DNA of 53,142 nucleotides. Source: Octopus bimaculoides (Eukaryota). The stretch spans positions 19,000,095 through 19,053,236 of the forward strand of contig NC_069005.1 of the NCBI RefSeq assembly GCF_001194135.2, given 5' to 3'. Numbering within the stretch: position 1 is the first letter of the stretch; the number at the start of each line of letters is the position of its first letter. Of the stretch, positions 14,090 through 26,600 are shown one piece after another. The notes beneath the pieces were generated by a model that was not told where the DNA came from, ran no database searches, and saw only the letters and a list, made by a program, of their open reading frames with translations. The position numbers were made by a program, and so were the translations under genes.

Positions 14090-14262
14090 TCACATCCTTT
14101 TGTAGAAATAGAGATAGCCAAGGTCTTTGGGTGGGTTCTCAGACAGCGCAACCTTCTCATCGTTGTATATCACCCAACGGTCATCCTTCAAGATGTGACA
14201 CACGTAATGTCCCACCAGTGTTGACGTTCCCATGTGACTGATAAAGGCCACTAGTTTGTATT
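14090..14262 (-). CDS. USP5: USP5 last coding exon: His box ([56 protein letters not shown]); catalytic His codon 14207-14209
   Basis: ttttccag acceptor, phase 1, TGA at 14090-14092. Confidence 0.97.
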
Positions 14263-17200
14263 CTGGAAAAGAAAAAACAAAAACAATATAAATATATATA
14301 GACACACAACATATGAAGTGCATTTCAGAAGTTTTGAGACTTTTTTTTTAGGAGAAGCAGTTTTAACTGGTCAGGATTATTGTAATTTTAATATATCATC
14401 ATTATACATCTAATAAGCTGATCTGCCAACTTTTTTTTTATTCAAGATTGAAGGAGACAGCTATAACAGCTATTTTAACACAACCTGCTAAACACTATTT
14501 GTCACAGCTGAATAGTTAGCAGAATGTAGTTGGGGCATTTGGAAACACATTATGCACTTAAGTTTCCTTGTTAAATGGTTCCAAAATTCTACAGAAACTT
14601 ATGAAATACTCCTGACTTTATGTAAAATTTGTGTAAAGTTTGTTCCCAGGGTGGTCAGTGATGAGAATTCTGGTAACTAACTACTTGACAGAGAGGGATT
14701 CAAAACTGTCCCTCACCCTCCTTACATTCCAGACCGTGCTCGCTTTGACTTTTGGCTGTTCCCCAAGCTGTAGGAGAACCTCAAGAGCTGTTGTTTTGAA
14801 GATGAAAGAAGCTGTGACAAGAGTCCTGGACACGTTCACTTTGGAGGACTTTGACTTCTGTGGCGCCTTCATGAAGTAGCCAGAATACTACAAATGCATT
14901 GAAGTCAGAGGATCTATTGGGTCATCCCATAAATAATGCAGTTTTTTCAATTGCCTGAACTAAAAGCCAGAGGGGGACAGGAGTATTTCATAAGTTTCTG
15001 TAGAATTTTGGAACCATTTAACAAGAAAACTTAAGTGCATAATGTGTTTCCAAATGCCCCAACTACATTCTGCTAACTAAACAAATAAAACAAACTAAAC
15101 AAATAGTGTTTAGCAGGTTGTGTTGAAATAGCTGTTATAGCTGTCTCCTTCAATTACCTGCATCAACTTGCTATAAAAGCAGGCTGTAATTTTACCTTGG
15201 TCTTATTCTTAGTGCAAGTTTTGAAGAGTACAGTTCGATTTTAACAGTTATTTTTTCAAAGCTATAATGGAAATGACAAAGGGGTATATTTGGCATATTT
15301 TGCTTTATGAGTTCAATAAAGACAACACAATGGAAAGTGTGAGGAATATTAATGCAGTATATGGGCATCGGATAATAAGTGTAAGCCAGTATTAACAGTG
15401 GTTCCAGAAATTCCAAGTCAGAAACTACAGCCCAGAAGATGGGCCTTGTCCTGGAAGATCTGTAGAGCTCAATAAGGGCATCCTGCAAACCCTGGTGGAA
15501 CAAAATCCCACTGTAACTGTTGAGGAACTAGCAGAGAAGCTCACTGAGTGCCATCAGAAAAAACAGCAAATTGGGTCAATGGGTTCCTCACAAACTTTCT
15601 GAGTCTAATTGCACCCAGAGAGTGGATATGTGCTCTTCTTTGCAGTCATGTCTCACAAATTAACCTTTTTTGGACCAAATAGTGACTGGTGACGAGAAAT
15701 GGGTTCTCTATAAAAATGTTAAGCACCAAAGACAATGGGTAGAGAAAGGAGAAACACCAGCACACAAGGCTAAAGAAGGTCTTCACCCACGTAAGGTGTT
15801 GTTATCTATTTGGTGGGATACGAAACGCTTAGTCCACTTTGAACTTTTAAACCCAAACCAAATGATAACAAAGGGGATCTACTGCAAGCAGCTTGAGTGG
15901 CTTAGGTCAGTGCTAGAAGAAAAATAACCATCATTGGTTTCAAGATGAAAGGTGTTCTTCCAACAGGATAATGCTCAGCCACATACAGCGAGGATGTCAT
16001 TCCAAAGGCTGGAGAAGTTTGAATGGGAAACGATGCCCCACCTACCATATTCGTCGGACATTGCCCCATCTGGTTATCATTTATTTCATAGTCTTGAAAA
16101 TCATTTGGACAGAAAAACTATGAATTCTGTAGACAAGGTCAGAACAGTATTAGAGGAGTATTTTTCATCAGAGACAAGTGAATTTTGGGAGAGGGGCCTT
16201 GCAAATCTACCAGATAAATGGAAGAACATTGTAGAAAATGGAGGAGAGTATTTTAGATTAAAAAAGAACTTTGTTTATTTCAATTTTGAAAAATAAAAGA
16301 AGTATAAAAAAAACTACATTATTTACGGGGTGAGTCAATACTTTGAAGGAGATTAGAATTTCATACTTCTTTGAAATTAATAATAAACTTCTGGAATGCA
16401 CTAAGAAGCTTACTTCCCAACCACATGGTTTCAGACTCAGTCCCATTGCGTGGCACCTTGGACAAGTGTCTTCTACTATAGCCCTGGGACAACCAAAGCT
16501 TTGTGAGTGAATCTGGTAGACACCAATTGAAAGAAGCCTGTTGCTTGATGGGTGTGAAGGGTGCTGGTGCCTGAGGAGGCTGTTCAGGCCAAGGGCAGTA
16601 TAGAAGAGCCTGGGACATTTATCACAGGGAAGAGTTGGCAGGGGATGAGGAATTGCAAATCATTCTTTGTCTTTAATGTCTGCCTCAAGACATCTGTTTT
16701 TTTACATCAGGTCTGTTCTCTCGACAATGACATGTCACCACTTTGGATGGTCTTTGGCGACTCTCTCCCAGATATGTGGGTCAATGGAACAGTGGGGGAG
16801 AGTGGCTTTGAGCTGGTCTCAGAAACAGAATTTGGGGGCTCTGCATTCTGGTGCTTGAGGACAACTCTGCAAAGAGGAGTTGACAGGGGAGGAACGTCTG
16901 AGGCATACATATGATGTGTCCTAACTAGCAGAGGTGGTGTCATGCCACAGTAGTTTCAATGCTGAACAGTTCAGCTCAAAGCAGAATCTCTTCATTGGTA
17001 GTGTAGTCCTTCCATCAAATCCTCGTGGTTGGGCAAAGTCTGTGCTGTTGGAAAAGTTCAATTTTCTTCAAGTCACTCAGCCATAGAGGAGGGTGGAAAA
17101 GACAACTTGGAATACCATGATTTTTGTTTCAATGGTGAGCAGTAATGCCAATGTAGGCTCCGTGAACTCCAGAGTCTTTGGTAGCAAGCAAAAGCAAAGG

Positions 17201-17374
17201 AGATACAGTTGTTTGCAGATAGTATGGACCGTAGGCGTTTCGACACTGTGACAAAGAAAATCTTTAGTCCCTGTTGCTAACTGCTTAACCATACCTGGAT
17301 GGAAGGAACACTTTGAAACACTCCTCAACTGGCCATCTACCACAGTGATTGACCTGCTCCAAAACATACCCATA

Positions 17375-17406
<32 letters not shown>

Positions 17407-18410
17407 AGTTTTTCATATATACCATTTTCCATCTCTATCATGTTTCAACGTCAAGGGTTCCAGTTGATCTGATCAACGGAACAGCCTGTTTGTGAAATTA
17501 ACGTGCAAGTGGCTGAGCACTCCACAGACATGTGTACCCTTAACGTAGTTCTCGGGGATATTCAGCGTGAGACAGTGTGACAAGGCTGACCCTTTGAATT
17601 ACAGGCACAACAGAAACAGGAAGTAAGAGTGAGAGAAAGTTGTGGTGAAAGAGTACAGCAGGGTTTGCCACCATCCCCTGCTGGAGCCTCGTGGAGCTTT
17701 ATGTGTTTTCGCTCAATAAACACTCACAAACGCCCGGTCTGGGAATCGAANNNNNNNNNNATTGCGGGTGACACGTAAAAGCACCCACTACACTCTCTGA
17801 GTGGTTGGCGTTAGGAAGGGCATCCAGCTGTAGAAACTCTGCCAAATCAGACTGGAGCCTGGTGTTGCCATCCGGTTTCACCAGTCCTCAGTCAAATCGT
17901 CCAACCCATGCTAGCATGGAAAGCGGACGTTAAACGATGATGATGATGATGATGATGATGATATATATATATATATATATATATATATTACACACATGTG
18001 TGTGTATGTCTTCTTGTCTTAACATTGCATAATGTGATAAATGAATGTCATTCATTTTCAATATTCTGTGAAAACATGTCTGGAAACAGGTGAATGTTGG
18101 CAACAAGAAAGGCATACAGCCATAAAAAATCTGCCTTGATAAACTCCATTTGACCCATGCAAGCATGGAAAAATGGACACTGAATGATGATGATGATGGC
18201 ATACACACACATAATTATCATTATTTCAACATCTTGTGGGACAAGGTACTTATAGGAAACAAAAGAGAAAAAACATGGAGCATGGTACCTAAAATGGTGA
18301 TCAAGAAGAGGAAGAAGTGTATGGTACTTAGAGAGGATGAGCGAGAAGTGAGAAAGATAGGGTGGTACTTAGAAAAGGAGAATGAGAGAAGGGATATGGT
18401 AGAGAGAAAG

Positions 18411-18446
<36 letters not shown>

Positions 18447-19164
18447 AGAAAGGCAGGAGGGAGAGTGAGTGGTACTTACTTCCTGATCCATCTCTGTAGA
18501 TGTGTCCTTCTTGTCGCTCGTCACATGGTTGTGATGTTGACAGAGACTCAGGTTCAGAGTTCATCTCAGCATCCAACTCAGCTGTGTGGCTGAGAACCCA
18601 GTCAACAGCTCGTTCTACATTGTTGTCCTGCGATGGGAAGGATCATAAGTAGAGAAGTCAGCAAACAATGAAAAGGAGAGAGAGAGAGAGAGAGAGCAGG
18701 AAGTGAAACAGAGAGAGAAAAGAAAAGCAAGCAACATTAAGAGGGAGGGAGATAAAAAGAAAGTATGAAAGACAGGGAAAGAGAGGAAACCAGAAATAGA
18801 AAGAAGACAAAGAAAGACACACAAATACAGAATGAGAGAGAGAGAGAAAGCAGTGGATAGTAAGAGAGAGAGGTGAATAGGAGGGAGCAAGAGAGACAGG
18901 GAAAGAGAAAGAAAGACAGTTTAGAAGGAATAAGGCTGAGAGAGAGAGAAAAGAAAGGAGGCAATAGAAAGAGAAAGATGAAAGAGAGGAGGTAATAGAG
19001 AGAGAAAGATGAAAGAGGCAATGGGGAGAGAGAGAGAGAGAGAGAGAGAGACAAAAGAGAGGTAACAACGGAAAGAGAGAGAGCAGAAGAAAGACAGTGA
19101 AAAACAGACAGAAAAAGAGGAAATCCCCAAAACAGAAGAGACAAAGAGAAAGAAAGAAACAGAG

Positions 19165-19204
<40 letters not shown>

Positions 19205-22200
19205 TGATAAGTGTACATACGGTAGCTTTCATGGCTTTAATAGCCTGGTTTCGGCTAAAACCCATTGACATTATGATGGCTAAAGAGTTCTCATCAGGAC
19301 AACTGTCTGTAGAATTACTCTGTTTATTACTAAGGAGTTCAAGTGGAGAATCAAAATCTGGAAGGCAAGACAAACAGACAGACATTAACCCTTTAGCATT
19401 CAGATTATTCTGTCAAATGTTCTGCTAATTCATTCACATCGTTTTGAATTGATCATGCATTATCTTGTGCATTAGTGCACGTATGCTTTGGTGTCATAGT
19501 GTGTGTGTGCGTGCGTGCATGCATGCATGTATAGATGCACATGTGTGTATCTCTTTCATTTTATTTACCTGGATCACTCATATGTTCCATAACCCAGTTA
19601 GTTGCAGCTTCCAAACCATTGTTCTGAGTGTAGTAAACACCCTTTTGGCAGGCCTCAAGTGGAAAACCCATGTCTAAAAGCTGAGAGACCAAACTGTCAT
19701 CAATCCGAATCTCTACAAAGAAAACAAAGACAACATACAGGATGAAGCAAATAATAATTATTTCTACTCTTGGCACAAGGCCTTGAAAATTTTGGGGGGA
19801 AGGGGGCTAGTTAATTACATCGACCCCAGTGCATAACTGGTACTTATTTCATTGACCCCGAAAGGATGAAAGGCGAAGTCGACCTCAGCAGAATCTGAAC
19901 TCTGAACGTGAGCAGCAAACAAAATACCGCTAAGCATTTCACCCAGCATGCTAACAATTCTGCCAGCTCATTGCCTTATATAATAATAATAATAACAACA
20001 ATAACAATAACAATAACAATAATAATAATAATAATAATGGTTTCAAATTTTGCCACAAGGGCAGCACTTTTGGGAGAAGGGGATGAGACAAATACGTTGA
20101 CCCCAGTGTTAAACTGGTACTTATTTTATCGACCCCGAAAGGATGAAAGGTAAAGTTGACCTCAGCAGAATTTGAATTCAGAACATAGCGACAGGCAAAA
20201 TACCGCTAAGCATTTCATCCAGCATGCTAATGATTCTACCAGCTCACTGCCTTAAATAATAACAATAATAATATACCCTGATGCAGTGCAAGGCACTGCC
20301 TCTCGTGGATTCTGATCTTAACTGATGGGAAGTGTTATCATGTACATGTTTTATCTTGGTACAAAAGATGGACTACAGCAAATATTCTGCTCAATACCAC
20401 AGACTTGTTTGTCAGTTGTTTGACTGTAACCAGTTAAGCATGTCCCTGGGCAGATGACGATATGTGCATCTTTGATGATGAGCAAGAGTAGTGGGGAAGC
20501 ATCATAGCCATGTGTTGAGAGTAATTCTTTGGGGTTTGAATAATTCACTTCTGGAAACAAGGGCGTTTCGTTCATGATCCTGAAACAACCCTTATTCAGG
20601 GACCTTTTTGAGTAGGATGGGCTACTCGACCTCAAGGTCATGCACTGTTTATCTTGATACGAGATCACTATGTCGCACACATATGGTTGTGATGCATGTG
20701 CCTGGTGTACTCTTATCAGACAGGTAGCCATGATGGATGTACTGGGCTTTGTATATTTGTACCCCAGTGTCACTTTGATGGCATGCACTGCCCTCTCACT
20801 CAATAATAATAATAATAATAACAGATTCAAATTTTCCAACAAGGGCATCCATTTTATGAAAGGAGATAAGTCGATGACATTGACCCCAGTGTTTCACTGG
20901 TACTTAATTTATCGACCCTGAAAGGATGAAAGGCAAAGTATAATAATAACAATAATAGCTTCAAATTTTAGCACAAGACCAGCAAATTCAGGAGGAATGT
21001 GTTAGTTGATTCTATTGACCCCAATACTTAACACCCAAAAGGATGAAAAGCACAGTCAACAGAGGCAAAATCTGAACTTAGAATGTAAAGAGTTGGAAGG
21101 AATTCCGCTCACCACCTTGATGGTGATGATGATGATGTTGGTGGTGGCAGGGATGGTGGGGGGGGGTCACAGGAGGAGGGGGTATTGCAAATTTTGGCAC
21201 AAGACCAGCAGTTTTGGAGAAGGAGTTAAGTCAATTATAGCTGGTACTTATTTTATCAACCCCGAAAGGACAAAAAGACAAAAAATCAACTTCAGCAGAA
21301 TTTGAACTCAGAATGTGAAGACAGATGAAATGCTGCTAAGCATTTTGCCCAGCAATGCTAACAATCCTGCCAGCTCTATAATAATTGTTTCTGATTAAGG
21401 CACAATGCCAACAATTTCAAAGGATGAGATGAGTCAACCCCAGTATTTGACTGGTACTTTATTTTTTATCAACCAAAGAGGGATGAAAAGTAGAGCCTGC
21501 TTTTATTTCAATCAGACAAAATGGATGAAGCCAGCAGAGCTAAGAGCTTTTGTTCAAAGACCCCAGTACACTGAAGTAATACCAAGGCTTGAACTCCTGC
21601 TCTAAATGCTATGTTGTCCAGCACCTTATCCCTGCAGCTACTTTTAACATCAGAAATCATCCTCATTGTTTAACATCCGGTTTCCATGCTGGCATGCATT
21701 GGATAGTTTCACAGGGGCTGACAAGCCAAAAGGCTGCACCTAACTCCAGTGCCCACTTTGACATGGTTTCTACAGCTGGGATGCCCTTCCTAATGCTATC
21801 CCCTTTTCAAGAGTGTACCAAGTGCTTTTTACATGGCACTGGCATTAGAGAGATCACCAAGTAACTCGCAAGATAAGACACTTCAACTGAGTAAAGAGTA
21901 TAATAATGAAGCAGGTGACTTTATGGCAGAAGATGAAAAGTTAAAGTACGACTGAGGAACAGAAACAGGTGTTTTACAGTAGAGAAGACACAAGTTGATA
22001 AAGGAGAGGAGATGGTAAAGAGGTGTCTGAGTGTTACAGGAAAGAAGATGAATATAAAGGAACATATAATTATATGTCAGATCCTCTGAAAATTGAATAG
22101 GGACAGAAAGTGGGGTGCTTTTTCTTCTTAATAGACTTGGTTACTTTGGGGCCTTTCACTCTTCCCTCTAAAATGTTGATGAACCGGTTGGTGAATAGTT

Positions 22201-22448
22201 GTTACTGACCAGGTTCTGTAGATTCTGTAGGCAACTCTTCTTCCCCTGGCAACAAGCCGGTACCTTGGAGACCGGTCAAATCTAATTCATCAGGAATGTC
22301 CATTGACACATCTGAAAGGACAGAAAGAGAATGAGAAAGAGTTACATTTAAAGAGGATAGTATGAAAGAGAATGGATATGTGATGAGAGAGAGAAAGAGA
22401 GGGAAGAAAAGTAAGAGAGGAGTGCAATAAATGTTTAATAAATAGTCT

Positions 22449-22492
<44 letters not shown>

Positions 22493-23650
22493 CAGGTCTT
22501 CTCATAAGTTCTGTCTGAATAAAGAGTGATCAAATATTATATTTAATTAAAATTTAATCATCAATGTACTTCCCCTGATTATCTATGACTTCCTTCCATC
22601 TATTTACAAGCTTTTTAATCCCATCGATGTAAAACTCTTTTGATTTCAAAGCAAAGAACTCTGAAATATCAGTTTCGACTTCCACCTGGCTTGCAAAAGT
22701 TATGTCCCCCCCAAATGATTCTGTAAACTACGAAACAAACGGTAGTCTGAAGGAACAAGGTCAGGAGAATAAGTGAGATGATGAATTTTTTCCCAACTGA
22801 GCTCTTCGTTCTTCTGTGATGTGATCTTTGCAGTGTGGGGTCGTGCATTGTCCTGATGAAACATCACTCCTTTTTGATTCACTAAAGTGGGTCTTTTTTT
22901 CTTCAAAGCTTGGTTCAAACGCTTTAATTGCCAACAGTAGACTTGAGCATTGGTTGTTGCATTAGGTGGTAACAATTCAAAGTGAATTACTCCTTTGCAA
23001 TCCCACCAGATAGAGAGAAAACCTTTTTCCCATGAAGTTCTCTTCTCAGTTGTGGTTGAGCTTTTTCCCCTTTTACCAAGCCACTGTTTACGACGTTTCA
23101 CATTTCGATAGAGGATCCGTTTTTCGTCACCAGTCACAAGTCTATCCAAAAAGGGTGAAATGAGTTCACGAGAATGGAGAGAAGAGCAGATGTCAACTCA
23201 NNNNNNNNNNNNNNNNNNNNNNNNNNNNNNNNNNNNNNNNNNNNNNNNNNNNNNNNNNNNNNNNNNNNNNNNNNNNNNNNNNNNNNNNNNNNNNNNNNNN
23301 NNNNNNNNNNNNNNNNNNNNNNNNNNNNNNNNNNNNNNNNNNNNNNNNNNNNNNNNNNNNNNNNNNNNNNNNNNNNNNNNNNNNNNNNNNNNNNNNNNNN
23401 NNNNNNNNNNNNNNNNNNNNNNNNNNNNNNNNNNNNNNNNNNNNNNNNTACTTCCATGTTAGAAAGGGTTTTTAATCAAAGAAATTTTAATTCTATTATT
23501 CTGTAAAATAACATGTAATTAGTTTAAATGTACACAAATGCATAAAAATAATTTTTAATTCCATTAAACATTCTAAAATACTATTAAATTTCATTCAGTT
23601 TTAAAAAAATGTAAAATCAGACAGAACTTATGGGATGACCTGATATATAG

Positions 23651-23691
<41 letters not shown>

Positions 23692-26600
23692 TATAAATAG
23701 TAACACACATGATGGTTGTTAACTCACAGACAAGTATGACCGTTGCTGACAAAGTAATGTTTATTCAAAATTTTAGGTCAGCTAAGGCTTGCATAACACC
23801 TCATAGACACTCTCCACCCAACTGACATGATCCAGACACAAGCCGAGGCAAGATATCTGGTGCCCAATATGAGTCTAGCACTTACTCTGTTAAACTCTTA
23901 CGTTATGAAAACGTAAACAAAACACTGGTTGGCAAGTAGTGGTGGCAGACAAACACAATGAGAGAGAAAGAAAGAGACACACACACACATGAGCTTCTTT
24001 CAGTTTCCATCAATCAAGTCCACTCACAAGGATCTGATCAGCTTAAGGCTATAGTAGAAGACACTTGCTCAAGGTGCAACACAGTGGGACTGAATACAGA
24101 GCCATGTAGTTGGGAAGCAAAATTCTTACCTCACACTTTGCCTTTCAGCACAGTTATTTCAGTCAATATGGTATCTAAGTTTCATTTCATATTTTTTATT
24201 CATTTAGCCTCAAGGATTGCAATAATTAAAAAATATACAAAAAAAAAAAAGAAAGAAAGCAACAACATTGTCAAAGAACCATTTAATATCACAGAAACCT
24301 ATAAAATTCGCTTTAAATCTATTTCATAAGGTGTTAAAATTCTGACACCTCATGAAATTAAACAAAATTTAACCCTTCAGCATTCAGATTACTCTGGTAA
24401 ATGTAATGCTTATTTACATTATTTTGCAGCTTTGAAATTTCAGTGACAGAGTGTTTATTTTTAGAATGACATTATAGGGTAGGTGGGAGAGACCAGATCT
24501 GGCTGGTTTGAACATGAAATACATAGAATATTTGGGTTGGATGTGGTCAGTTTAAATGCTAAAGGGTTACAGTGAATTTAACAGCTTCATCTGTTCTTAA
24601 ATGGCTAGAAGAGCAATTCTGTGACGTAACTGCTTCAGTCTTAATACACAGGACTGAGGACCAAGTCAGTGGCTGGACAAATACAATTCCAAAGAAAGAA
24701 AAACTTCAAAACAACAAATTTACAGTATAAAAAAAAAAAAAAACACAAAGAGAGAAGAGAAACAAAATAATAATAATAATAATAACTGAAAGGTACTTAC
24801 CTAATTTTTTAGGGACCCAATCATTTCCAATAATGAATTTATTCAAATGTACCATTAGATAATTAGGGAAAGAGGCAAATCGCGTGGTTCTGGAGTTTTC
24901 GAGGAGTGAGCAGCATGGAGAGATAGGGGAAAGAAAGAGAGAAAGAAAAAATTAAATAATCAATATTAAAACACTAACCTGTTGTTTGTGCTGCGTATGT
25001 GTGTGTGTGTGTGTGTGTATCTGTAGGGGGAAGAAGGTGTACTTTTATTTAGCAGTTCAACAAATAGAGAATGAGGAAAATAACTAGCAGTTTGAAAAAA
25101 AAAGTACCAGGATTGACATAAACTAAATGTCTTGGAGGAGTTCCCCTCACATGATTAAAACTCTTGAAGGAGATACCACCCACATGACTGAAATGACTGA
25201 AGGAGGTACCCCTACACGAATGAAACCAGAGAAAGGAATAAAAGTAAGCAGGTACTTACTTATGGACAATGGACTTTGACTGCAGTGCCGCACTAAAGAA
25301 ATCGTCAACAGTTTCAACAGCAGCGAAAGCTTCTATGCAAGACGTGAGAGGTATCCGTGGTCGTACTAGAGCTTCAGGGGAACTGCAAGACACCAGGGCA
25401 AGTGTAATAATGGAAAACAGAAAGATTAATAGAAGGGTGGTTGTAAAAGATATTTTTTAAAAAATACAAAAAAAATAACTTGAGGAATGGAATTAAGGTT
25501 AGACAGGACACACACACACACACACACATATATACGTTTATGAATTTGTTTTGCAAGATTTCTGATGTGGTTGAAACACATATTGTTATATTTTGGGAAG
25601 GTCATTTTTTTTTCTTGCCAAATAAACACAAGCACTATATATTCATTCTTCACTTGTTTATTATCAGATAAATATACACATCATAGAAAGACAGAATACA
25701 CCAAACAGAACAGGAGACACATGGGATGGAAGAGTTGCAGAAGAGGTCATAGGTGTGTGATGAAAGATTTACAGACAATGGATATAAGATGAAATAAAAA
25801 CAATAATAAACGAGTGAAGAATGAATTCCATGCTGGCATGGGTTGGACAGTTTGACTTAAGTCTGGAGAGCCAGCGGCTGCACCAGGCTCCAATCTGATC
25901 TGGCAATGTTTCTACAGCTGGATGCCCTTCCTAACGCCAACCACTCTGAGTGTAGTGGGTGCTTTTAACATGCCACTGGCATAGATACCAGTCAGGCGTG
26001 TGTGACATCGATCACATTCAGAGAGTGCTTTTTACATGCCACAGGCACAAGGGCCAGTCAGAGAGTACTGGCATCGGCCATGTTCGGTTGGTGCTTTTTA
26101 CATGCCACCAGCACAAGAGAGAGTCAGGAGGTACTGGCATCGGTCACATTCGGATGGTGCTTTTTATGTGCCACCAGCACAGGAGCCAGTCAGGTGGACC
26201 TGGCATCAACCACATTCAGATGAAACTTTTTATATGCCACCAGCACAGGAGCCAGTCAGGGGGCACTGGCCACAGCAACGATATTGGTTTTACTTGACTN
26301 NNNNNNNNNCACCAGCACAGGAGCCAGTCAGGGGGCACTGGCCACAGCTACGATATTGGTTTTACTTGACTCAACAGGTCTTCTCAAGCATATCATATCA
26401 CATGAAGCATCAGGGGTACTCTTAACTGGGCCAGACATGTATGGCTGCAATCTCACTTTAGTTGCTGGGTCTTCTCAATCACAGTATATCTCCAAAGGTC
26501 TTGGTCTCCTGTCATTGCTTCTATGAGGCCCAAAGTTCAAAGGTCATGCTTCACCACCTCATCCCATGTCTTCTTGGGTCTACCTCTTCCACATGTTCCT

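Noticed and set aside
22140-22209. Possible alternative downstream donor equivalent to the human long/short USP5 isoform insertion before UBA1
   Set aside because: Read-through of the donor hits a stop immediately (GGT CAG TAA).
25959-26360. Regularly spaced repeats superficially like a CRISPR array
   Set aside because: Whole 66-bp units are homologous (no unique spacers), they lie in a LINE 3' UTR in a eukaryotic intron, and there are no cas genes.
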